Source: Bacteroidota bacterium (lineage in GTDB: Bacteria > Bacteroidota > Rhodothermia > Rhodothermales > UBA10348). Taken from it: a DNA stretch of 64,000 nucleotides. The notes below the pieces were generated by a model, which was given only the letters and a program-made list of their open reading frames with translations, was not told where the DNA came from and made no database searches. The stretch spans positions 41,532 through 105,531 of the forward strand of contig JAQBZH010000003.1 of NCBI GenBank assembly GCA_027622005.1, in the 5' to 3' direction. Below, one piece after another: positions 9,800-18,373 of this stretch; the stretch's first letter is position 1, and each line of letters begins with the position of its first letter. A program made the position numbers and the translations under genes.

Positions 9800-11683
9800 T
9801 TATGACTTGGAGTACTTCTGGCCTCTTAAATATACCATCAATACTGATACATCAGAGGGGCTCACTCCAGAAATCCTGGACGCCTGTCCCAGGTTCTCCG
9901 GGCGTATTTTGGACAATTTTTGCCGTGCTTCAATGGTAATATTGGTTACCAAGACATAATTCAAGTCCTCTGGAATGCGGAGGGCTTCCATCTGATTCAC
10001 TTTGTGGATCAATTCGTTTTCGCGATCAATGTATCCCGCGTATTTGAGGTCGATTTCAACCATTTCGACTATCGATTCTAGGCCATCATGCTCCTCTACC
10101 AAGGAATTCATGGACGAGGTGTCTAAAATATCTTGTAGAGACACTTGTGGCCGCAAAGCAATCTTGGAAATGCGCTCTGATTGAGAAATCGGAGAGGTGC
10201 CCATGCGTTCCAGGTATTCGTTGATTACTTCAGGCCGGACGCTGGTAGAACGAACGTTTTTTGCCGTTACCTGTCGCGCATTCCGCCTGTTTTCCATCCG
10301 CTCTAAACGAGCGTTTGAAACCAGGCCTATCGCGTGGCCAATTTCTCCTAAACGCTCATCAGCATTGTCCTGTCGGAGCATCATCCGGTGCTCTGCTCGG
10401 GAAGTAAACATCCGATACGGCTCGTCGGTGCCTTTTGCCACCAAGTCGTCAATAAGTACTCCAATGTAGGCTTCGGAGCGCTTTAGAACGATTTGCTCCT
10501 CTCCTCTGACAAACAGGGCGGCATTCATTCCAGCAACCAACCCCTGGGCTCCGGCCTCTTCATAACCCGTCGTACCGTTAATTTGACCTGCAAAAAACAG
10601 CCCTTTAACGTATTTCGTTTCGAGCGAATACTTTAATTGATACGGCGGGAAATAGTCATATTCGATCGCGTATCCAGGTCTCAGCATGTGGGCTTTCTCA
10701 AGCCCCGCTATGGAATGAATGGCCGTGAGCTGAACATCCTCTGGCAGACTGGTAGAAAAACCGTTGACGTATACCTCGTCCGTTTTCCAACCTTCGGGTT
10801 CAAGAAAAAGCTGGTGGCTCTCCTTATCCGCAAAACGATCGATTTTGTCCTCGATGGAAGGACAATACCGTGGTCCGGTGCCTTGAATTCTACCAACAAA
10901 CATCGGACTGCGGTCAAATCCAGTCCGAAGGATGTCATGGACCTGCCTGCTGGTATACGTAAGCCAACAACTCCGTTGCTCGGAAGGCAGTTTATCCGTC
11001 ATATAACTGAAAGGCGTTGGGACCGGGTCGCCCTTTTGTTCTTCCAACCGGGAGTAATCAATGGTCCGCCCATCTAGCCTCGGAGGAGTACCCGTTTTCA
11101 ACCGTCCCGATTCAAACCCAAGTTTGTGAAGGGCGCCGGTCAAGCCCGTCGACGGACCCTCGCCCATTCGGCCACCGCCATACGATTTTTCGCCAATGTG
11201 TATTTGGCCATTCATAAACGTGCCGCTGGTTAGAACGATGGCCTTGGCAAAAATCTTTTGCCCCCACTGAGTGACTACACCTGTAACCGTCATCCCATCC
11301 ATTATGAGATCTACCGCCATATCGGCGCGCATAAACAGGTTTTCTTCTCTTTCCAGCAATAACCGGATATGCTCCCCGTACATATGACGATCACACTGCG
11401 CCCGCGGCGACCAAACGGCTGGGCCTTTCGATCGGTTCAGCATGCGAAACTGGATGCCTGAATGATCTGTCGCAAGCCCCATCAATCCTCCTAGGGCATC
11501 AATCTCTCGGGCAATCTGTCCTTTCCCAATACCACCGATTGCGGGATTACAAGACATCCGTCCAAGAGCTTCCAGACTCATCGAAATGAGTAGCGTGCGC
11601 GCACCCATTCTGGCGGCAGCCGCTGCGGCTTCACTGCCTGCGTGACCGCCCCCTACAACGATGATATCAAACGTGTTATGCAT
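9800..11683 (-). CDS. mnmG: tRNA uridine 5-carboxymethylaminomethyl modification enzyme MnmG (GidA)
   Basis: The N-terminal FAD motif [33 protein letters not shown] and a full length of 627 aa are typical of GidA. Confidence 0.95.
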   Translation of the reverse strand: MHNTFDIIVVGGGHAGSEAAAAAARMGARTLLISMSLEALGRMSCNPAIGGIGKGQIAREIDALGGLMGLATDHSGIQFRMLNRSKGPAVWSPRAQCDRHMYGEHIRLLLEREENLFMRADMAVDLIMDGMTVTGVVTQWGQKIFAKAIVLTSGTFMNGQIHIGEKSYGGGRMGEGPSTGLTGALHKLGFESGRLKTGTPPRLDGRTIDYSRLEEQKGDPVPTPFSYMTDKLPSEQRSCWLTYTSRQVHDILRTGFDRSPMFVGRIQGTGPRYCPSIEDKIDRFADKESHQLFLEPEGWKTDEVYVNGFSTSLPEDVQLTAIHSIAGLEKAHMLRPGYAIEYDYFPPYQLKYSLETKYVKGLFFAGQINGTTGYEEAGAQGLVAGMNAALFVRGEEQIVLKRSEAYIGVLIDDLVAKGTDEPYRMFTSRAEHRMMLRQDNADERLGEIGHAIGLVSNARLERMENRRNARQVTAKNVRSTSVRPEVINEYLERMGTSPISQSERISKIALRPQVSLQDILDTSSMNSLVEEHDGLESIVEMVEIDLKYAGYIDRENELIHKVNQMEALRIPEDLNYVLVTNITIEARQKLSKIRPENLGQASRISGVSPSDVSVLMVYLRGQKYSKS

Positions 11684-11749
11684 GCTCTAAAGTCGATCTC
11701 TTAAAACTAATATATGTCTTTAACTCCTTGTCTCCCTTCGTATTACTGA

Positions 11750-13141
11750 CTATTTACCTATGCAGAAACTGGAGAATATTTTCCCCAGGACTTCCTCATT
11801 GGTAACCTCTCCTGTAATCGATCCAATATGTTCAATGATCGATCTGACATCCGCTGAAAGCATATCGCCTGATCCTCCCGACGTTAGTTGATGCATCGCT
11901 CGATCTGAGGCTTTTTTTGCCTGTTCTAAATGCGCCTGATGTCGTTGGCTGGTAACAACTTGCTGCTCATCCTCCAAAGCAACACTTCCGATGGTCTTAC
12001 GCTCAAGTAGTTGCATAAGATCTGAAACCGTCTCTTCACGCCTAAAAGTATCCGATGCCGATATAGTTAAATCGTAATTCCCAGACGCGGGTTGAGCCGT
12101 GGCAAGGTCAGCTTTGTTGCCGATAAACAACACGTCTAAATCGGGGCTTTGACTTCGAATGGACGTCACAAAAGCCGCTTCGACGTCCCTTTCAGAGGTA
12201 GTGATATCGGACAAATAAATCACGATATCGGCAGATGCAAATGACCTAAGCGACCTCCTAACTCCTTCCGCCTCAATAACATCCGACGTTTCCCGGATCC
12301 CAGCCGTATCGACAAATTGATACTGTATCCCGTGGTACGTTACAAGAGCCTCTATTTCATCGCGGGTGGTTCCTGGAATCTCACTCACAATCACCCGATC
12401 ATATCCCAGAAGGGCGTTCATCAGGGTAGACTTGCCCGCATTCGGTTTACCGGCAATTACCACACGAACCCCGTTTGTAAGGGCCTTTCCCAGACGATAG
12501 GAATCGAGCAGCATCCCAATTTTCAAGGAAGCTCCGGAAAGGAGATTTTCTAATCGTCCACGATCCGCAAACTCGACGTCTTCTTCTGAAAAATCGAGTT
12601 CCAATTCTATAAGCGCCAACAGCTCCAATAGCCCGGCCCTGATTCCCGAGAGCTCAATTGAATAGTCGCCGCGCAAATGACTAATAGAGATCCGGCCTGA
12701 ACGAGCGCTCCGAGCATGGATCATTTCGCCGATGGCTTCTGCCTGGGCTAGATCGACCTTTCCGTTCATAAACGAACGCAGGGTAAACTCTCCCGGCTCT
12801 GCCATCCTCGCTCCTGCGCGAATGAGCAACTGAAGGGCTTCATCGCTGGCCACATCTCCCCCGTGACAGGTAAACTCGACAATGTCTTCCCCGGTGGCCG
12901 TATTGGGCGCCTTAAAGACTAGTGCGACGACCTGGTCAATGGCTGATTCCTTTTCGGATCGTAAATATCCTACAGTCGCCGAGTGGGAGGCCGACTCCAA
13001 CAGGCTTTTGCCATCAAAAACGGTATCCGCAATGGCGATAGCCCCGTTTCCGGAAAGCCGGACAATGCTCAGGGCTGAAGCCCCCCGGGGTGTTGCGCGG
13101 GCTACGATGGTCTCAGAAGTGATGTATCCTCGGGGAGCCAT
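11750..13141 (-). CDS. mnmE: tRNA modification GTPase MnmE (TrmE)
   Basis: G-domain motifs GKPNAGKST and DTAGIR, plus the invariant C-terminal CIGK. Confidence 0.95.
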   Translation of the reverse strand: MAPRGYITSETIVARATPRGASALSIVRLSGNGAIAIADTVFDGKSLLESASHSATVGYLRSEKESAIDQVVALVFKAPNTATGEDIVEFTCHGGDVASDEALQLLIRAGARMAEPGEFTLRSFMNGKVDLAQAEAIGEMIHARSARSGRISISHLRGDYSIELSGIRAGLLELLALIELELDFSEEDVEFADRGRLENLLSGASLKIGMLLDSYRLGKALTNGVRVVIAGKPNAGKSTLMNALLGYDRVIVSEIPGTTRDEIEALVTYHGIQYQFVDTAGIRETSDVIEAEGVRRSLRSFASADIVIYLSDITTSERDVEAAFVTSIRSQSPDLDVLFIGNKADLATAQPASGNYDLTISASDTFRREETVSDLMQLLERKTIGSVALEDEQQVVTSQRHQAHLEQAKKASDRAMHQLTSGGSGDMLSADVRSIIEHIGSITGEVTNEEVLGKIFSSFCIGK

Positions 13142-13156
13142 TGATGCAGCCCCGAT

Positions 13157-15049
13157 TTACTTATTCTTGGCGAAACGCGAAGCTTTCCCGCTTACCTTCC
13201 CGGTGACCTTTCCGGTGACTTTCCCGGTAGCCTTTCCTTTTTTGGTATCGTCCACCTTAGCCTTTAGCTCTTCCGGATGCTCGTGTATCTGTTTGTTGAC
13301 AAACTTCTGCTGAAGGGCGGTCAACACATTGTAACACAAGTAATACAGGTTCAAGCCCGCTGCCAGTTTATTAAAGATGACGAAAATCATCACCGGAAAT
13401 ACGTACGTAAAAATCTTGGCCTGTAGATTATTCTGACTGGTCATCGAGACTTTCATCTGAAAGACCATCGAAATGCCCATCAAAAGCGTAAATCCAGCTA
13501 CGAAATTACCGAACATCGGGATCGAAAACGGCAAATTAAGGATGATATCGGGCGCTGAAAGGTCAGCTGCCCACAAAAATCCTTGCTGGCGAAGCTCTAT
13601 GGCCTGTGGTAAAAACTGCCAAAGCGCGATAATAATCGGGTATTGAAGAAGCATCGGAAGACAGCCGCCCAGCGGATTGACGCCCGTTTCCTTATACATC
13701 TTCATCATCGCTTCCTGCTGCTTTTGCGGGTTATCCGCAAACTTCTCCTTTATTGCTTCCATCCGAGGCTGCAATTCCCGCATCTTACCCATGCTCTTAA
13801 ACGAGGATTTGGTAAGCGGGTGTAGGACTATCTTCAGGAAGAGGGCAAGAAGGATGATTACGAGGCCATAACTAGGTATGACGTCGTGCATGTAGGTAAA
13901 TGCCGGGATGAAGATGAACTTGGCCAATGGACGGGTAAGGACTTCAAAGAAGTCCCATCCATAGTCCACCATGTCATATAGATCTCTATCGTAAGGGCTA
14001 AAATTGCTGTAAATAACCGGACCTATGTACAGCTTAAAAATATCTGGATTGACCCCAGGCGCCGCGACTTCTAGACTAGCTAGGTAGTCGTGTCGCATAT
14101 TCGCATCCGTGTCATCTCCGAATCGTTCACCAATTAGTTCGGATCCACGAGTCGGAACATCCGCCATGACCGCCACAGCGAAATACTTGTTTTTAACTGC
14201 TATCCAATCGACTGAGCCGTTAATCGACATTTCTTTGAAGGCATCGGACGCCAAACTGACCGATTCTACCTCACCACCGCTGCGAGCAAAAGCGCCGGAT
14301 TTCAACCCCTCGTCTTTATGATCTCCTTCCGTAAAAGGGACCCCGCCAATCCAGGTCAACTGATAGCCGTCCTGTGTTGCAAAGGAATTGTTATTGTTTT
14401 GTAGTACGGAAAGACCAACTTCATACGACCCAGGCGTAAAGGTGTATTGGAAGGACATGGACCCTTCTCCAATTCCAACGCTGTAGGTAAGGGTCTGCGC
14501 CTGTCCGGTCGCATCAACCAAATCCGTTGCCGTATCTGGTTTGAAAAAGAACGCCCGCGAATCATAGTTACGATTGCCCGGAGAAGTAAACATAACGGCC
14601 AGTGCACCACCTTTGGTGGTATCGACCATCTGAACGGCATCTTCGCTTTCAAACTTGTGGTATTCCTTCAACTCAAAAGAGATGAGCGTTCCCCCTTTGT
14701 TCGAAAAAATGGCCGTGTAAAGATCTGTTTCGACTCGAATGAAACTCTCAGACGCGTTTTGACCGCGAACAAAAGTCGAATCGTCAGCGGCTAAAGCTGC
14801 AATGGCACCAACAGCTGGAACCGGTGTCTGAAGCTCTTCCTGAGGCAATCCCGTTCCCGTGGAGTCAGAAATGGACTGAGGATCCTGAACCGGAGCAGTT
14901 TCCGGCGCCAGCCAAGTCAGCCAAACGACCATAATTAGGGCGATTAGCACGGTAGCTGTGAGGACGTTTCTATCCAAGGGGAGCCTCGCTGAGAATTGAA
15001 AAACGGGTGGGTGGTGTGGCGGTACGGAATCTGTTTGGTACAGTTCCAC
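13157..15049 (-). CDS. yidC: Membrane protein insertase YidC
   Basis: A long periplasmic P1 domain is followed by the conserved 60-kDa insertase core (GCLPMLLQYPIIIALW..) and a Lys-rich tail. The ORF-track start (GTG 15049) directly follows a stop codon. A TTG at 14977 would give the more typical N-terminus MDRNVLTATVLIALI. Confidence 0.9.
   Translation of the reverse strand: MELYQTDSVPPHHPPVFQFSARLPLDRNVLTATVLIALIMVVWLTWLAPETAPVQDPQSISDSTGTGLPQEELQTPVPAVGAIAALAADDSTFVRGQNASESFIRVETDLYTAIFSNKGGTLISFELKEYHKFESEDAVQMVDTTKGGALAVMFTSPGNRNYDSRAFFFKPDTATDLVDATGQAQTLTYSVGIGEGSMSFQYTFTPGSYEVGLSVLQNNNNSFATQDGYQLTWIGGVPFTEGDHKDEGLKSGAFARSGGEVESVSLASDAFKEMSINGSVDWIAVKNKYFAVAVMADVPTRGSELIGERFGDDTDANMRHDYLASLEVAAPGVNPDIFKLYIGPVIYSNFSPYDRDLYDMVDYGWDFFEVLTRPLAKFIFIPAFTYMHDVIPSYGLVIILLALFLKIVLHPLTKSSFKSMGKMRELQPRMEAIKEKFADNPQKQQEAMMKMYKETGVNPLGGCLPMLLQYPIIIALWQFLPQAIELRQQGFLWAADLSAPDIILNLPFSIPMFGNFVAGFTLLMGISMVFQMKVSMTSQNNLQAKIFTYVFPVMIFVIFNKLAAGLNLYYLCYNVLTALQQKFVNKQIHEHPEELKAKVDDTKKGKATGKVTGKVTGKVSGKASRFAKNK
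13178..13237 (-). repeat. In-frame 12-nt tandem repeat encoding (GKxx)x5 in the YidC C-terminal tail
   Basis: The protein tail reads GKATGKVTGKVTGKVSGKAS. The plus-strand DNA shows the reiterated ...cttaccttcccggtgacctttccggtgactttcccggtagcctttcc... Confidence 0.9.
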
Positions 15050-15169
15050 TTAGAGCCAGAGGAACGCCTTGTGAACGACTTGCCTTATCTACTGGTGCAC
15101 AGCTCAGAAAACGAGCTGCTTCTAGACACATCGAGGACGGGTTAAAGAATGTAAGGCGCTTTTCGAGGG

Positions 15170-15607
15170 TCATTTATTGAGCTCCCTGTTCAAGTTCTCA
15201 AGACACTTGGCCACATCAAAAGGCGTTTCTGCTAAATCTGCAGCCTTCCCTCTAAATATGACCATGGCGGTTAAGACCTTATCCTGGTTGTTCGCCCGTT
15301 CGCGTAAAACGTTTTGGTTTAATCGGATCGATTCCAGAATGACCCTCTTAACTCGGTTGCGAACGACGGCCGATCCGGCGGATCTGCCAACGGCAACACC
15401 TATTTGAAACGAGGTATAATTCTCGACTTCGGAGGGCTGAACAAATCGATAAACCATGCGAACAGATCCTACCGCCACAGAACGAACACTTCGATCATTC
15501 CGATTAAAAAGCGGCTCTATCAGTCGTTTCCGTTTCAGATGGTGGGATCTGGGAAAGGACCATCGTTCTTGCCCCGAACGATTAATTTCCGGGGTGTTGG
15601 GCACCAT
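15170..15607 (-). CDS. rnpA: Ribonuclease P protein component
   Basis: FPRSHHLKRKRLIEPLF.. and VRNRVKRVILESIR resemble RnpA, and the gene starts 6 nt downstream of the rpmH stop, the canonical rpmH-rnpA arrangement. Confidence 0.85.
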   Translation of the reverse strand: MVPNTPEINRSGQERWSFPRSHHLKRKRLIEPLFNRNDRSVRSVAVGSVRMVYRFVQPSEVENYTSFQIGVAVGRSAGSAVVRNRVKRVILESIRLNQNVLRERANNQDKVLTAMVIFRGKAADLAETPFDVAKCLENLNRELNK

Positions 15608-15612
15608 TCAGA

Positions 15613-15768
15613 CTATTTTCCCGGCTTGATATCGCTAACCGTTAGCTTAAGTCTTCCTTTAGCGCGGCGTCTTGCTAATACACGTCGACCATTCTTGGTC
15701 GCCATACGAGAGCGGAATCCGTGTTTGTTTGCGCGTTTTCTGCGGCTTGGCTGATACGTACGTTTCAT
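15613..15768 (-). CDS. rpmH: 50S ribosomal protein L34
   Basis: It is not in the ORF track because it is under 60 aa. My reverse-strand translation is [51 protein letters not shown], which is unmistakably L34. Confidence 0.95.
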   Translation of the reverse strand: MKRTYQPSRRKRANKHGFRSRMATKNGRRVLARRRAKGRLKLTVSDIKPGK

Positions 15769-15916
15769 TTTTATTCTTACTAGAAATCCCGGCCAGGATT
15801 CAAACTACTTGAATGCTTATAAAGCTCATTTCTCAGGAAAACGACACGGGGGTATCGTTTCTAAATGGCATAGACGGCAAAGATACGCAAACCAACAGAG
15901 ATATCAACAACCCAAG

Positions 15917-15945
15917 TTGACATTCATAAAATACTAGCGTAATTT
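15917..15945 (+). promoter_or_regulatory. Possible sigma-70-like promoter (TTGACA-17 nt-TAATTT) upstream of tRNA-Val
   Basis: TTGACA lies at 15917-15922, followed by a 17-nt spacer and TAATTT at 15940-15945. This is only a motif match, about 135 nt upstream of the tRNA. FCB-group promoters may follow a different consensus. Confidence 0.3.
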
Positions 15946-16080
15946 TGTGGGTTCTTCTAAATGTAGAATTTGGCGCGTTTTTAGGAAACTCAGGTGCTCA
16001 TTCTGTATTAAAAGGGACCCGTAGAAATTACCCGGAAATTACGGTATAGGCGTCGATATCAAAGCGACGTCACGGATCGA

Positions 16081-16154
16081 GGGCGATTAGCTCAGTTGGT
16101 TAGAGCATCTGCCTTACAAGCAGAGGGTCACTGGTTCGAGTCCAGTATTGCCCA
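16081..16154 (+). tRNA. tRNA-Val (anticodon TAC)
   Basis: Folded by hand into a 74-nt cloverleaf: acceptor GGGCGAT/ATTGCCC, D-arm GCTC-AGTTGGTTA-GAGC, anticodon arm TCTGC-CTTACAA-GCAGA, variable loop GGGTC, T-arm ACTGG-TTCGAGT-CCAGT and discriminator A. CCA is not encoded. Confidence 0.9.
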
Positions 16155-16158
16155 CAAA

Positions 16159-16190
16159 ACCCGTTTCAGTTTACTGGAACGGGTTTTTTT
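16159..16190 (+). terminator. Rho-independent terminator after tRNA-Val
   Basis: A 7-bp stem ACCCGTT/AACGGGT with a 12-nt loop is followed directly by a run of seven T. Confidence 0.75.
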
Positions 16191-16303
16191 ATGCCGTTTG
16201 AGTTGGAGGGGAGCGTTCTTCTTGGGTTGCTTACCACAGACTTTTAGATGCATCTTGACCTTACCAAGGGGTGGCGCTACCTTTGAGATCGTAGCCCAAT
16301 AAC

Positions 16304-16540
16304 GTGCTGGTGAACGACTCAAACTGTAATAGTACGATGACGAACGAACCCGCTGCCGCCTCAGCAAAATTAAAATCCCATACTCTTCTTTCATGGATAA
16401 TGATGGGTTTGGGGCTACTACTGCTAATCTATATGGTCACAGTAGAAGATGAGCCGGGCGCCGTTCCTCTTGCTCTCCTTGCGGGGGGTGCCATTTGGAA
16501 CCGATTGACCCACCGACGCAGAAAAGCACTCAAAGGTTAA
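16304..16540 (+). CDS. Hypothetical small membrane protein
   Basis: A 78-aa ORF with two hydrophobic segments (LLSWIMMGLGLLLLIYMV, VPLALLAGGAIW) and a basic tail. I recognise no family, and the start may be the internal MTNEP. Confidence 0.35.
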   Translation: MLVNDSNCNSTMTNEPAAASAKLKSHTLLSWIMMGLGLLLLIYMVTVEDEPGAVPLALLAGGAIWNRLTHRRRKALKG

Positions 16541-16607
16541 GTTGTAGCGCCGGACGTGTAGTATACTGGGTGAAATTGTTTTCACCATCGCGAATCAGGC
16601 TGTCTAG

Positions 16608-17327
16608 ATGTCGACCGATAACAAACAAGGCGCGCTTATTCTGGGCGCAGCAATCGTTTTGGGCCTCAGTTTTCTTGGTTTTATACTTGGAACCTCGGCC
16701 CTCAAAATCAAAAATTTAGAACGAACGGTTTCAGTAAAAGGACTCTCGGAAAGGGAGTTTCCGGCTGATATCGTGATCTGGCCTATTCAATTTACCGATG
16801 CTGGAAACAGTCTCGAGGGATTGTATGACACGGTTGATAAAAGCACCGGTAAGATTGTCGCTTTCCTGGAATCTAAGGGAATCGATAAGGCCGATATTTC
16901 TTCTGCCATCCCATCTATCACGGATAAATCGGCGCAACAGTATGGGGGCCAGGACAATGCAGCTTTCCGCTATACGGCCATACAAACCGTAACCGTGTAC
17001 TCTAAAAATGTTGATGCCGTGCGAAAAGTGATGGGAGAGATTTCCGACCTTGGCAAGGAGGGCATTGTGATCACGGGGGGTGGATACGAAGCGTTAACCG
17101 AGTATCTCTTCACCCGACTCAATGAGATCAAGCCCGAAATGATTGAAGAGGCCACACGCAATGCACGCGAAACGGCCGAAAAATTTGCTACTGACTCGCA
17201 GAGTTCTCTCGGCAAGATCAAGCAGGCTAATCAGGGTCAGTTCAGCATTGAGGCCCGGGACGCCAACAATCCACATATCAAGACGATACGAGTTGTCTCG
17301 ACGGTGGAGTATTATTTGTCAGACTGA
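16608..17327 (+). CDS. SIMPL (DUF541) domain protein
   Basis: An N-terminal signal-anchor (ALILGAAIVLGLSFLGFILG) is followed by the pattern typical of SIMPL/YggE-like proteins (RTVSVKGLSE... ending VVSTVEYYL). Confidence 0.75.
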   Translation: MSTDNKQGALILGAAIVLGLSFLGFILGTSALKIKNLERTVSVKGLSEREFPADIVIWPIQFTDAGNSLEGLYDTVDKSTGKIVAFLESKGIDKADISSAIPSITDKSAQQYGGQDNAAFRYTAIQTVTVYSKNVDAVRKVMGEISDLGKEGIVITGGGYEALTEYLFTRLNEIKPEMIEEATRNARETAEKFATDSQSSLGKIKQANQGQFSIEARDANNPHIKTIRVVSTVEYYLSD

Positions 17328-17347
17328 CCCATAACGAAGGAAAACGT

Positions 17348-17860
17348 ATGATGCTCTCCCACCTTCAAAGCCAATATCTCCACCTGGAGTGGGCGGACGC
17401 GCTTGTTTGGCGCTCGGTTACAGTGTCCCCAACGGCCGCAGCGGATCCATATTGTTTGGACACCTTCTTTCATATCCATGAGGCGCAACATGCGTTTCTG
17501 AATGCGTGGACGGAGCGACCATTTGCCCGAAGAAAACGGGAGGAATTTGAAACGCCTGCTGCTATTTGCGCTTGGGGAAATAGTTTTCATCGGAGTGTGC
17601 ACGCCTATTTGGACACGGTCAACGAATCGGATTTGAGTCAGCCCAAAATCCTTCCCTGGGCCCGTTATTTCGCACGAACGCTGGGGTTTGAACCCCAGGA
17701 CACTACGTTGTTGGAAACGCTGCACCAGTTGGCCTCCCACAGTATGCATCATCGCGGTCAAATTATCCGACGGCTTCGGGAATTGGGCGAAACCCCGCCT
17801 ACCGCGGACTATATCGCGTGGGTGTGGAGTAAAAAACCAGACGCGAATTGGCCGGGCTGA
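17348..17860 (+). CDS. DinB-family (DinB/YfiT-like) protein
   Basis: Four-helix-bundle DinB hallmarks are present: LEWADALVW, HIHEAQHAFL and HSMHHRGQIIRRLRELG. Confidence 0.75.
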   Translation: MMLSHLQSQYLHLEWADALVWRSVTVSPTAAADPYCLDTFFHIHEAQHAFLNAWTERPFARRKREEFETPAAICAWGNSFHRSVHAYLDTVNESDLSQPKILPWARYFARTLGFEPQDTTLLETLHQLASHSMHHRGQIIRRLRELGETPPTADYIAWVWSKKPDANWPG

Positions 17861-18043
17861 CGAATGTAGCTCTGTCCGTTATTTCTGAGGGTGATATTGA
17901 TCGGTTTGGTCGATGGCCTCGTTGGGAGGCTTGAAGGGTATAGTTTTTACAAGAAGTGAAACAATCCCCACGCGCGCCGTAAAGGGCACTTTTACGCTGA
18001 TCTACCGATCACGAACAAAAATGTCCTTCAACCCCCGGTTTCG

Positions 18044-18373
18044 ATGAATCACCTGACCCGTTCTGAAGAGTATATCTTACTCGCCGTTTGGAAACTTCAA
18101 GAAGAAGCGTATACCCTTCCGATTCAAGCGCGATTGGAAGAAATTACGGGACGAGATTGGTCTTTAAGCTCGGTTTACGCTCCGCTGGAGCGCTTGGTCA
18201 GTCAAAACCTGATTAATTCCGACCTGACGGATCCTTTACCGGAGCGCGGTGGACGACCAAAACGCATTTACCGGCTGACCAATGGTGGACGTAAAGCCCT
18301 TCTTGAAATTCAGGCTGTAGGACAGTCTATGTGGTCCGGCGTAACGGCCGCCGCTTTGGAGCGAGGTCACTAA
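18044..18373 (+). CDS. PadR-family transcriptional regulator
   Basis: Winged-HTH PadR pattern: EEYILLAVWKLQEEAYTLPIQARLEEITGRDWSLSSVYAPLERLVSQNLI...RIYRLTNGGRKAL. Confidence 0.85.
   Translation: MNHLTRSEEYILLAVWKLQEEAYTLPIQARLEEITGRDWSLSSVYAPLERLVSQNLINSDLTDPLPERGGRPKRIYRLTNGGRKALLEIQAVGQSMWSGVTAAALERGH

Noticed and set aside
9724-9939. A 71-aa plus-strand ORF spanning the mnmG 3' end and the palindrome-bearing spacer
   Set aside because: It overlaps the mnmG coding sequence on the opposite strand and has no motif. Its existence is explained by the palindromes and by chance.
14970-15173. A 67-aa ORF in the slot between rnpA and yidC where yidD is normally found
   Set aside because: The translation MTLEKRLTFFNPSSMCLEAARFLSCAPVDK... 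lacks the YidD hallmarks (CRF.PTCS.Y and GG.DPVP). The other two frames are closed by stops. It also overlaps the yidC 5' end. I treat it as probably non-coding.
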